A DNA stretch of 64,000 nucleotides. It comes from Protoeuglena noctilucae. Its lineage: Eukaryota. Made by a program: the position numbers and the translations under genes. Below are positions 36,074 to 47,504 of the stretch, one piece after another. Position 1 is the first letter of the stretch. Each line of letters starts with the position of its first letter. The notes under the pieces were generated by a model. It saw only the letters and a list, made by a program, of their open reading frames with translations, made no database searches and was not told the origin of the DNA. Location: contig OY253671.1 in NCBI GenBank assembly GCA_958009085.1, positions 1,240,001 through 1,304,000 of the forward strand. Direction: 5' to 3'.

Positions 36074-38922
36074 ATGAAGGGGCTCGTCGCTTGGGCAGGG
36101 CACCTCGCAGCCGCCACGCGCGTGGCGGACGGCAGGGGCTGCCCGCTCGCTGCGGCTCACATCGCATATTTCCGACCCAGGCCGTCTTTGCGGACTCTTC
36201 GGTTCGCTGGGTGAGCGCTGGAGAGGAGATGCCATGCCATCGCGCCCCCGGGGCCGTAAATGCACGGCTGCGTGTTCAGGACGGCCGCCCTCTTCTCCGG
36301 GCGCCGGATGGCCGGAGACCGCTGGTCGCCGATTGCGATGACGATGCGCGCGCAGCTTGCTGTGAAGGCTGCACGTCCGGCCGAGAGGCCGGCGGCGCGG
36401 GGGCCCAGCGCTGGCAGACGGCTGGCCGTCCATTGCTTCCCTCAGGGCACCACAACGGCGCGAGAAGTGCGTCGGCTGGAGCAAGAATATGTCAGTGATG
36501 GCATCGGCATCGAAAGGGCGGGCCCTGATCTCCGTGTCGGACAAGACGGGCCTCACGGACCTGGCCAAGGTCGGCGGCTGCTGTTTTCCGATGCTGCAGC
36601 CGCGCGGCGCGGCCTGCCGCGGCCTGCGTTACCTTACTCGTCGCTCCCTCATTCGCAGGGCCTAGTGGAGTTGGGACATGAGGTGGTTTCTACTGGAGGC
36701 TCGGCCAAGGCCATCCAGGAGGCAGGGGTCCCGGTGACCCCGGTGGACAGCGTCACGGGTTTCCCGGAAATGTTGGACGGTCGCGTGAAGACGCTCCATC
36801 CGGCCGTCCACGGCGGAATCCTCGCCATTCGGGGCAACGAGGAGCACATGCAGGCGAGGCAACTGTTATGACTCACGCCAACAGCTGCATTGCTGCGGGC
36901 GCCCGTGACGACAATTGGACATGCCGGTCTCACAGCCGGCGCTGAAGCCCCGCCGCACCGCGGTGTGGGCCCGTGTGGGCCGATCGATAGGCCTGAGGCG
37001 CCGCCCTGCCATGTTTAGCGTCACACGTGGTGGCGTCAACGACATGTTTCGCACGGCCGTCGTGCTTTGATTGCCCGCAGGCGATCCAGGCGCACAACAT
37101 CCGCCCGATCGACGTGGTGGTGGTCAACCTGTACCCCTTTCGTGCGACGGTCACGGCGGCTCAGGCGCCCACGTTCGACGTGGCCGTGGAGAACATCGAT
37201 ATCGGGGGCCCTGCCATGCTCAGGTGAGGGCGGCTGGCGCAGAGAGCATCGCGACTGGCTCAGCGCGCGCGGGTCGCTCGTGCACGTGGGATGCTGTCAG
37301 CAACGCCATGAGCCATGATCGCGACACCGCACTGCGTCACGTGGCTGCAGAGCGGCGGCCAAGAACCACGCAGACGTGTCGGTGGTGGTGGACCCGGCGG
37401 ACTATGGGGAGTTGCTGGAGCATCTGCGGGGTGGGGAGGGGGCGTTGGAGTTCCGGAGGCGGCTGGCGTGGAAGGCGTTCCAACACACGGCATCGTACGA
37501 CGCCCAAGTGTCCGAGTGGATGTGGGGCCAGGTCGGGGCCGGGGCGCCTCCGCCCGAGATGTGCGTGCCCATGCGGCTGAGTCAGGGGCTGAGGTACGGG
37601 GAGAACCCTCACCAGTCGGCGGCCTTCTACCAGGACCTCTCCCTTTGCGAGGCGGGCAAGGGAGGCGTGGCCTCGTCTGTCCAGGTGCGGGTGCTGGCCC
37701 TGGCGTGATGGCATGTGGTGCGCACGCCTGGTGCTTGCCCAGGGCCCCGTGGGCGTTTGCTATGTTTACGGGGGAGGATGACAAACCCTTGAGAACATTC
37801 ACGACGGTCTGCTGACTCTCGATGATGACATTCTCATGTGCCTCGGCACTGTCTGACCCGCGGCTGATGTGCGTCCGCATGCTCTCGTGACCCATCCATG
37901 TTTGCGGCATTGTGCCGGCTGCCGTCTTCCCCAACCTCGCCTCTCGCCCGTCGCGTCCCGCAGCAGCACGGCAAGGAGATGTCGTACAACAACTATCTGG
38001 ACGCGGACGCAGCCTACTCCTGCTGCTGCGACTACCAGGAGCCCACCTGCGTGATCGTCAAGCACACCAACCCCTGCGGCATCGCCACGCGCGGGGACCT
38101 CCTCGAGGCTTACCGCCTCGCCGTGGTGAGACCCGGCCGCGTTTGCACCGCTCGCTGGTCTCACCGCGCGTCTCGCTCCCCGCCTCCGGCCCCATGGACG
38201 AACGTCGCCCTCAATGTCGCCCTCGCCCCTCGCAGTGCGCGGACCCCATTTCGGCGTTCGGGGGCATCGTGGCGTTCAACCGGACGGTGGACGCGGACCT
38301 CGCGCGCGAGATCCGGGAGTTCCGCTCGCCGACGGACGGGGAGACGCGGATGTTCTACGAGATCGTCATTGCGCCGGGGTACACCCCCGAGGGCCTGGAG
38401 GTGCTCCGCGGCAAATCCAAGCAGCTGCGCATCCTGGAGGCCAAGGCCCGACCGACGTCGGGGCGGTCGCTGCGGCAGGTGGCGGGGGGCTGGCTGCTGC
38501 AGGAGCACGATTCGCGCCTGCCGGAGGACATCGAGTTCACGGTCGTATCCGAGGCCAAGCCCACCGAGGCGCAGCTGGAGGACCTGCGCTTCGCGTGGCG
38601 CGCCGTAAAGCACGTCAAGTCGAACGCCATCACGGTGGCCAAGGGGCAGAGGCTCCTGGGGATGGGCAGCGGGCAGCCCAACCGCGTCAACTCGGTGCGC
38701 ATCGCCCTCGAGAAGGCGGCGGAGGAGGTGGAGGGGTCCGTCATGGCCTCCGACGCCTTCTTCCCCTTCTCGTGGAACGACTCGGTGGAGATCGCGTGCA
38801 AGGCGGGGGTCAAGGCCATCGCACACCCGGGCGGCTCCCTGCGCGACCAGGACGCCGTCGATTGCTGCAACAAGTACGGCGTCGTCCTCGTCACCACCGG
38901 GGTGCGCCACTTTAAGCATTAG
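36074..38922 (+). CDS. purH: Bifunctional AICAR transformylase / IMP cyclohydrolase with an organellar transit peptide
   Basis: [108 protein letters not shown] and GVRHFKH-stop. The 5' leader exons are approximate; the conserved part starts at ~36498. Confidence 0.97.
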
Positions 38923-38956
38923 CTCCCTCTGATCTCTTGCCTTGGCGGCAATCGGG

Positions 38957-38972
38957 TAGGGTTTTAGGGTTT
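38957..38972. promoter_or_regulatory. Tandem telo-box / telomere-type motif TAGGGTTTTAGGGTTT, 100 bp upstream of the S1 gene
   Basis: Two exact TAGGGTTT units (AAACCCTA on the minus strand) lie in the 149-bp gap between the purH stop and the S1 ATG. The regulatory role is inferred from plant telo-boxes. Confidence 0.4.
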
Positions 38973-39071
38973 CCACCCTTTTCTCACCGATGGCGTCGAG
39001 AGAAGCCGTTCGAATCACAACTCGCGGATCTCGAGCAAAGATCAAAGCTGGCTGGAGAGAAGCTGGCGAGG

Positions 39072-40913
39072 ATGGCCAGCCGCGTCGCCGACGGCGCCCT
39101 GTGCGCCTCGGGCCGCTGCGTCCCTGGGGCCAGACGTGTGTGTGCGGCGCCTGCTTTAAGTCGCGCAACGTGGGTGTCGACGCGGTGGGGCGGGAGGGCG
39201 ACCCGAGCGCAGGAGCGGGGTAGGGTGCGCGCAGGAGAGGGCGAGGGGGCTGCGGACGCCGCCTCCACTCCCGTCGTGAAGAAGACGTACGAGCCTGTGC
39301 TGGGGGATAAGGCAAGGCCCGCTGCGCGACGGAGGGTGGCCGTGGATGTGCGGCAGACGCCGCAATGGCTGTTATGCGGCCTGGCAGCGTTCCTCTGCGC
39401 CTGCGGCGGGATGAGAGTGCGCACTTAGTCTGTCTTTGCGTTCGCCTCGCCAACGTGTGTCGATACGGTCTCGATGGGGGCCCAGGGAAGCGTCGCTGCC
39501 GTCGCAGGTTGTCGCCCGCGTCGTGCGCACCGGCTACAGGGGCTGCACCGTGGAGATCGTGACGGCGGAGGAGGGTACATTGCATGGCACCGGGGTGATG
39601 GGCTTCGTCCCCCGGGCCATGTATCCCCGGGACATTGGGCACCAGTTTGACCAGCTGACGGACTACGCCCGCGCGGACCACGAGCGGGCGCAGAAGATTC
39701 GGGAGGAGGTGCGTTCTTCGCAAAAGGACGGGGCCGAGGGCGAGGAAGAGGCCGAGGCAGAGGCCGAGGCGTGGGCGGAGCGTAAGCCGTCGCGCCGGGA
39801 TGGGCCTGGGACGCAGCGAGACGGCAAGAGGGGCTCTGGGAGTCCCGGCCAGCGCCCATTCGAGGCCCTGGAGCGCGCGCGGTGAGCTGCGCCGCTCGCG
39901 CTCTCCGCCCCTTTCATGGCGCCGTCCCGGCCTAGTCGCCCTCGCAACTGCACGCGAGTGCCCTGACGCAGGGCCGACGACGTGGCCCCCCTGGGCCTGG
40001 TGCGGGAGTTTGTGGTCCGGAGCCTGGCGGATCCGGAGCGCCACAAGGTCTCTTGCGTCCTCTCCGGGCGGCAGGTGGACCGCGACCTGATGTTCCGTCG
40101 GGCCGACCAGATTGCGGCGGTGTGCAAGAGCGACAAGGAGCTCCTGCGGGGCACGGTGATCTCGACGAACGAGAACGGCTACGTCGTGCGCACCGCGGGC
40201 TTCCTGGTCTTCGTGCCACGGAAGCTCGCGGACCTCCCGCCTGATGCGGACCTGGAAGAGGTGCACCCGAGGGACTCCTCCGTGGAGCTCTCCGTCATCC
40301 GCGTCGACCTGCAGCGGAGCCGCATCGTCGGGTCCTTCTCCGACGTACCCATCCACAAGAGCTACCAGAAGGTCAAGGTGAGGGGCGGGGGTATGACGGG
40401 ACCCAGCGCCCGGCCCGCCCCACCGCCCACGCCCGCACAGCGCACTGTGCAACTCACCCGCCCACCGCATCCGCTACCGCCCGCACCCCGCAGGTGGGCT
40501 CCCTCGTGAGCGGCAAGGTGCGCCAGGTGCTGAGCTATGGGGTGTTTGTGTCGATCGACGGCACGCGCATCTCGGGCCTCCTTCACATCTCGAACGTGTC
40601 CAACAAGTTCGTGCCCTCGATCGACTCCATCTTCAAGGAGGGCGACCGCGTCAAGGCCATCGTGGTCGGGGTGGAGCCGGGGTTCCGTGACGTGGCCCTC
40701 TCCACGGCAGAATTGGAGGCCTTCCCAGGCCAGATGCTCGAGGACAAGGACGGCGTCATGGAGGGGGCCAAGGAGCAGGCCAAGGAGTTCCAACAGTTCC
40801 TGGACTCGTACGTGCAAGAGGGCGATGATGATGCGGGGGATGACAATCATGGGGACGGGGGGCGGGGCAGGCGGGAGGGGGCGGAGGGGGGGCGCGACGC
40901 GGCCTTGATCTGA
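39072..40913 (+). CDS. S1 RNA-binding domain protein, plastid ribosomal protein bS1-like, with transit peptide
   Basis: Three S1-like units: GDK|VVARVVRTGYRGCTVEI...GFVP; GTVISTNENGYVVRTAGFLVFVP; VGSLVSGKVRQVLSYGVFVSIDGTRISGLLHISNVS...FKEGDRVKAIV. Confidence 0.85.
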
Positions 40914-41028
40914 GCGCCTTGCGAGCTAAAAGCGCTTTCAAGCGTGCTCGAGCTCATGCAAGCCGGCGCAGCGGCAGCGCGGCAGCATGCCTAGGTGCAG
41001 CCATGCTTGAGGGATGCCTCAAGACCCT

Positions 41029-42301
41029 TCACCAGGGGATGATGTCGCCCGTGGTGGCCTCCCAGAGCTTGCCTGCGGACGTGGCCCCCCCAGCAGCGGG
41101 GTTGCGAGAGGTGGTGTTGGCTCAACCGCTGCAACAAGCTGAGTCCACGCCGCGGGTTTCTTACCGGTGTTGGAGACGTTGATGTCATTCTCAATGCGGT
41201 CCAGCAGGCAGCTGACGGCTTTGTCCGCGGGCGTCGAGGCCTTGGAGACGTTGACCTCCATGCCCTGTCGCAGACAAAGGGCGGGTGTGCTGAGGGCATG
41301 CGTGTGACATTGAAGCATTCGTGGACGCGGGCGCTCGCAGCCTGCTGACCTTGAAGCACTCCTGGCACACGTCCGTGTCGACCGTGCCTGCGCAGATGGC
41401 AGTGGGTGCGCGCCATTGCAGATGGGTGCCAGCTGCGGCACACGGGGAGGCGCCCACGCAGCCATGGCGCAAGCACGGCTCTCGTCACTCACCGGGGTTC
41501 ACCATGCCGACCGCCACGTTCTTGTCCTTCATGCACTTCGCGATGTGCAGTCCCAGCATGTTGGCCGCCGCCTTCGACATCGTGTAGCCCACCGTGCCCG
41601 GCTGGTAAATCTCCTCCTTCGCGATGAGCGTGTGCGATCCCGTCGCTGACGTGATCTGTGGCGGCGATTACCGAGGCGCTCGCATTGTTCTCCACGCAAA
41701 CGGCGCTCCACGCAAACGGCGCACCTGCACGCCATGCTGCGACACCATGCCGCGATGTGTCGCATGCGTGGCCAGTCACGCTCTCACCATGATGAACTTG
41801 CCGCCCTCGGGGATGTTCTTCTCCAGGGCGTGCAGCACGCGGATGTGGCCCAGCGTGTTGACCTCGAACTGGTAGCGCATGTCGCCCAGGTGGCCGAACA
41901 TGCTGTCCACGGACGTCTTGCCCTCGTGCTTCGCCGTGCCCGCGTTGCTGATGACGACCTCGATGTTCCGGTCGCCCACGGCGTCGCAGAGCCGCTTGCT
42001 CCCCTCCTCCGTGCTCACGTCCACGTCCGTGACCCACTCAACCTCCTCCATGCCCTTCAAGTCCTCCGGCGCCGTCTTGAGGCAGGCCGCGATGACATGG
42101 AAGCCCCGCGACGGGAGCTGCTTCACGAGCTGCACAGGCGGTTGTCACAGGCTCGACCGCGAGGCCCGGCACCGGCGCTTCTCGGCCTTGTCACCGCCTC
42201 GCCACCTTCATGACTGCATAACGAGACGGTGGGCAGCTCACCTTATGGCCGATCCCCTTATCGGCCCCCGTGACGAGGCACGTAGGCTTTCCGCCTCCCA
42301 T
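41029..42301 (-). CDS. Short-chain dehydrogenase/reductase (CsgA/C-factor-like)
   Basis: CLVTGADKGIG, ISNAG, FEVNTLG, ITSATGS, YTMSK (YxxxK) and VNP|GTVDTD. It ends ...GDIIPW-TGA. Confidence 0.9.
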
Positions 42302-42631
42302 GGTGTCTCGGACGCGATCGCTTTCCCCTGGCTTGAATCTTGAGACGATAATTGAGGAAGCGATATGCTCGTCGACCGGCCCTCGGGCTCCTGCATCGCG
42401 GCGCAGGCTACGCTACCGAGTCCCTGCGTCTGACCCTGACTGGGGCAGCCAGCTGCCTTCCCAAGCTACCAGAGTCCCCGCCCTTGTACTCACGCGACTC
42501 GTAAATGAAGACACGTGAGAGGGAGCGCGGGAAGGGCGGCCATCGCTTTCCGCCGGGTGGATGGCGTGGCTCACGCCTGGTGCGTCCACAGCGAGCCAAG
42601 CCGCAAAGCCAATCCGCTCCCGTGTCAGTGC

Positions 42632-43657
42632 ATGACACGCCGTCGTTTGTCGGACATCGCAGGGTGGGCTCTCACGCTTTGCCTCCTTATCGACGCGGCG
42701 TACGTGGGCTCGCTGTACCTGGCCCGGCGCGGAGCGCGCGACTCGCCGGATGTGATCCGCAGCCGCATCGCCAGCACGATCTGCTGCGCACTTGTCAGCT
42801 GGTCGCCGCTCGCCGTCGTGATACTAGCCGGGGACGGGCAGGCGGGGTGAGGAATGCCGTGCGTTCCATCTGTCGTCCCATCCCGGCCCGCGCCGCGCTG
42901 CTATGGCCGATCTGACCTTGCTGCGCAGAAACGTGCTTGTGAAAGAGGTGCTTGGGGCCCTCGGCCTTGCGCCCGCACGTCCGCTGCGGTCCCTGGCCCT
43001 CCCGGCTGCCCATGTCGCTGTGCTCTACGCCGGGCCGCTCCTTCACGAGGCCACGCGCCAGGACCCCGTCGTCGAACGCATCGATGGTTACCGTGCGCAC
43101 GTCATGGCCCTGCAGCGGCTGCGCTCGCTGGTCGTGTCACCGTTTGTGGAGGAATTCGTGTTCCGCGCGTGTATGCTGCCGCTCCTGCTGCGGGGAGGGT
43201 GGAGCCCCGGCTCCGCGGCCCTCCTAGCGCCCGTCATATTCGGCGTCGCCCACCTGCACCACCTGCACGACCTCGTCGTGCACCAGGGACGAGAGGTTGG
43301 CGACGCTGTGGCGGCTGTCGCGTTCCAGTTTGGCTACACCTCCCTGTTCGGCGCCTACGCCTCCCTCCTCTTCCTCCGCACCCGCTCTCTCGGTGAGCTG
43401 CATGTCTATGGCTACCTAGCCAGCCTTTCTCGGAGCCCTGGGGGGCCGTTCCGCCTCTCACGACACCCACTCCGTTTGCCCACACAGGCGCACCGCTCGT
43501 GGCGCACGTGTTCTGCAACTGGATGGGCCTCCCTAGCATCGATGACATGGCGCAAAGCAAGCGCGCAGTTCTCGTTTTCCTCGCCACCTTAGCCGGCGTC
43601 GTAGCTTTCTTCACCGCCATGCCGTACGTGATGGACGTGCGTGTCTATGCCCCGTGA
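42632..43657 (+). CDS. RCE1: CAAX prenyl protease 2 (RCE1/FACE-2)
   Basis: YVGSLYL...RDSPDVIRSR, VVSPFVEEFVFRACMLPLL, FGVAHLHH, FQFGYTSLFGAYASLLFLRT and HVFCNWMGLP. The start is approximate. Confidence 0.93.
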
Positions 43658-43766
43658 CAAGCGTGCGGCCACTCAATTCCTGTAAGTAAATGCTGCCCTT
43701 ACGATAATAATCATAGACATGTCATAGGCCTCCCTTCTCGCATGTTCAACGCATGTCCCGAGGAAG

Positions 43767-46700
43767 CTATGCCCCGCCCACCCCACCCACGAGGAGTGTG
43801 GCAAGGTCCTGCCTGCCCCACGCCCTGCCGTCTTCCAGGCTCAGGTTGTGCTCGTTGCAGAGGTGCAGGAGGCAGATGAAGCAGAGGTGCACCGACAGGT
43901 CCGCCACGTGGCCCGCAGCGGACATGGGCGGCAGGGAGCGCAGGGCCTCGTGAAAGTTGACCCCTGCGCCAGGCGAAGGCCCTTTGTCAGAAGAGCAGTT
44001 TCGGCGCACGGCGGCGACACCTAGGCGACCCCGCGGGCCCCTTCTGGGCCCCTCCCAGTGCAGGGCTACCAGTCGGAACCCCTCACCTGCAGCCCCATCC
44101 TGGGCTCCTGCGCCCTGCTGCAGGCTCTCCCACAAGAGGGACTTGAGCGCGCGCACGTCGACCTGCTTGCTGACGCGGTCGTAGGCGATCTCGACCTTGG
44201 CCACCTTGCGCGGCACGATCGCCGTCCCGTCGCCCTCACCCTCCACGCCTGCGCCCTCCGCCCCGCCCTGCTCTGCCAGCGCCCCAAAGTCCACGTTACC
44301 CCAGTCTGCGCCAGTCAGGAGCCGGTCGCGCGTCAGCCACCCGAGCGTAGCACGTTGCCCTTGACGCGGCGGTGGGGTCGTGGAATGGGCAAGCATCACC
44401 CCTGGCAACTCTCACCTGTCTCGTGGCCGTAGTCATCGTCGTCGTCGTCGTACGCGCCGCCGTCCATCGCGTGCCCCGCGGCCGAGGAGCCGGGGCCACC
44501 TGGAGTGCCCCACTGTGCCAGAGCCCTGCCAGGCGTCGCGGGTGCGCCTGCTGCTGCCACGGCGCGGATGGCCACGTGCGGCTTAGTCAGCAGCCGCGTC
44601 AGGCTAGCCGGATCGAAGGCGTAGTCGTGCTCGGGAAGCAGGGACGAGGATGCCTGTGGGCAGGGGGAATGGCATGGGCATGGTCAGGGTCACACAACAC
44701 AGGCGACTACCAGCGTGGCACAGCAGCTGCACGTGCAGGGGCTCGCCTTGGAAACCGTCTGCCTGGCAAGCACAATGTCCTTGGCCTTGGCCTTGGCAAA
44801 CCGCGTCATGTCCAGCTCCGGGAGGTTCTCAAAGTCAAACACGGCACGCTCGCGGCGGGGGCGGGGTCCGGCCGGCGGGGGGCGGGACCCCGGAGGACGG
44901 AAGCGCCAGTGCAGCGCGCCGGCCCAGCCCTTCGCGGGGACGGACAGCTGCCCGTGGGAGGCGAGGATGCGCTCCAAAACGGACCCCTCGGTCGTCTGGG
45001 CCGCCTCGCCCGTCAGAGCCACCAGGTGCCTGCGGGAAGCGAGACGGGTCTTGGTTCGTTTTGCAAACGGTCCTGCACCGGCTCCTCCGTCTCGCCCACG
45101 CCACCAGAGCCAGCTGCGCCGTCACCTGTCGCCACTGCCAGCCTCGCCCTCGCCCTCGCTGCCCTCGTGCCCCCAGTCCCCAGCGTCTCCGTACCCATCC
45201 TCGGCACCGTACACGTCGTCGTCCTCACGAAGGGCCTCCAGGCCCATACCCTGCGGAACCAGGCAAGGGTGGGGTAGGAGCTCACAGGCGCCATGAAGCC
45301 ATCGCCGGGAGGTATGCACCATGGGAGGCACGTGCGTTCCAAGTACTCGGCTCCAAGTACTCGGCACCCACCTCCGTCGTCTGCATCGGCCCATCCCCAA
45401 ACCCATCCAGGCGCTCCCCCGCAGCGCCCTCCAGGATCGCCTCCACCTCCGCCGTCACCTCCGCCCGCTCCTCGCTTTCCTCTGCCGCCGGAGACTCGGA
45501 GCGGTCGGCCGCGTCGCCATCAGTCCGGTCGCGGAGCTGCGACGGACGACGAGTGAGTTCGCGTGGGTCCGCACGGCACGCGGGCTGAGCATGGCTGCGT
45601 GCGGGAGCGCCACACAAGCTGGCTCACCAGGCTCGTGATGGCCGAGAGGGTCGGGGTCAGGCAGGGCCGCTCCAGCAGCACCCGGGGGATGTGCTTGGCC
45701 AGGGCGGTCATGTCGAACACCGCGTCCCCCGCGTGCTGGACCGCGGCCATCTCCTGGGCGGGCACGGCGTTGGAGTCGAACACCACGTTGCAGCCACCCC
45801 ACACGGAGAGGTTCAGCAGGAGGAGACCCTTGGCCCCGCCCTCGTCGAACTGCGCCGACGTCCGCGTGAACTGCAAGCCACGACGTCGGGCAGGCACAGG
45901 ACGGTTTGCGGGGTTTCCAAACCCTCCCCCAGGGTCCAACCCTCGCAACTCCGGGCACCTCTCCTGTGCAGAACCAGCCAGTCCAGCCCAGTGCAGCCCA
46001 GCAGGCCACCCCGAGGGACCCCACGTAACGCTCACCAGAGGGTCCACAGCGAAGGACGACTCAACCTTGTGCATCTTGATGGCCTCCTCGGACTCCAGCG
46101 TGGACGTGGGATCCGTGTCCACCGCCTGGGAGCGCGAGCACGTGACGCAGCATCGCCCCCGCCAGCGCTTGAGCGCCAAACAGGTCGACCTGACTACAGC
46201 AGTACCTTGCGAGTGCCCGTTTTCTTCTTGCCCCCCTCTCCATCCTGTCCCTGCGTGCCCTCCTCATCGTCCTCGTCGGCGTTGTCCTCCTCCGGCAGCT
46301 CCCCTGGGACAGCGGCCCTGCAAGACCGACAGGGGCAGGTGTCGATGGGGCGCCCATCGGGACTGCTACCCCAGCGCCGTCGACATGCGCTGCGGGTGCC
46401 ATGTGCGCTCTGCCACACCACTCCTCGTCAGCCCGGCCTCGCCTGGTCAGCCCGGTGAGCATCTTGAACGTCTCGTTGTGAACCGAGTCCACGCGGTAGG
46501 AGTAGATCTTCACGCCCGCGTCCAGCGTCACCGAGGCCTTCTGGAAGTTGGTCTCCGTGTCGCGATCCGCCTTCACGAGGTCAGCCATGTGGTCAATCAG
46601 GTTCAGGGACCAGGTGTTCTGTGCAGGCGGCGGGAGCGAGGCGTCACGCCGGGGCCACGCGACGCGAGCAGAGGGTCCCGCACAGCGACGCCGACTGACC

Positions 46701-47115
46701 TTGACGGAGATCTTGTTCTCGGACGCGAGCTTGAGGCAGTTGCTCACGAGGTCGTCCAGCTGCCGGCCGGAGAGGTGCTGGGCTTGCGGGGGGGCCTGCA
46801 GGTCGAAGTCGGCCCCTAGCGACTTGCGCGACTCTGCAATCCTCCTCTTCACGCGCACGTGCTCCCGTTCCCGCGCGTCATCGTTCGGAGTGAGCACCCC
46901 CTGCGCACACGGGACGACCAGCGATGGGCCCGGGCGTGTGATGTGGAGCGAGCGGACGCGGGGTCTGGGTCACGCGCGCGCGCAGCTTCAGCGAGTCATT
47001 TGCAACGACATCGCGAAGAAGCGCCTCTCGCAGCGGCGGGACGGCTCACCGAGGTGGGGGATTTGAGCGGCGTGATGGACTTGCGCTTGCCATTCTTGAG
47101 CTCCTTGAGCACCAT
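43767..47115 (-). CDS. NCAPH: Condensin I kleisin subunit CAP-H (Barren/Brn1)
   Basis: NDDARER, CLKLASENKISVK|NTWSLNLIDHM, NFQKASVTLDAGVKIYSYRVDSVH, FAVDPL|FTRTSAQFDEGGAKGLLLLNL, KQVDVRALKSLLW and SVHLCFICLLHLCNEHNL. Confidence 0.96.
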
Positions 47116-47504
47116 CACGGCTCCGCGCCCGGGCCACCGGGCAGCCTCAGCGCCGAAAGACGCGACTCTGGCCCTTCGTGGGGCGGAGGAGCGCCGGACC
47201 CACCAAAGAGTCCGAAGGGGACGTCGTCAAGGCCTCGGGGCGGACGTCGCACAGGTGGGTCGCTCGTTTGATGAACAAACAGCAAATGACGATGCGCACA
47301 ACAACCGCCGCCCGGCCCTCGAGCGGGCAGCGCCGGAGGTAACAACGGGTGTCTGGCAAAACCTGACTCGGGTCGGCCGCGCGGACATAGAGGGCTGCAA
47401 CGTGCCGCGATCGGTGCAAAAGCTTCTCAGATCCCGCGGGGCTCCGCGGCGTCGACAGTTTCGGAGTAGAGGCGCGTCCCCAGGCCTCCTACAGGCGGCG
47501 GGTC

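Noticed and set aside
38161..40470. 769-aa minus-strand ORF and many other long overlapping ORFs
   Set aside because: It lies antisense to purH and the S1 gene, is Arg/Pro/Ala-rich and has no motifs. Such ORFs are expected from stop-codon scarcity in GC-rich DNA.
1077..43657. Two CAAX/CPBP-type proteases in one window as a possible cluster or defence (Abi) system
   Set aside because: They are 40 kb apart and belong to different subfamilies (organellar CPBP versus RCE1). Both are ordinary eukaryotic genes.
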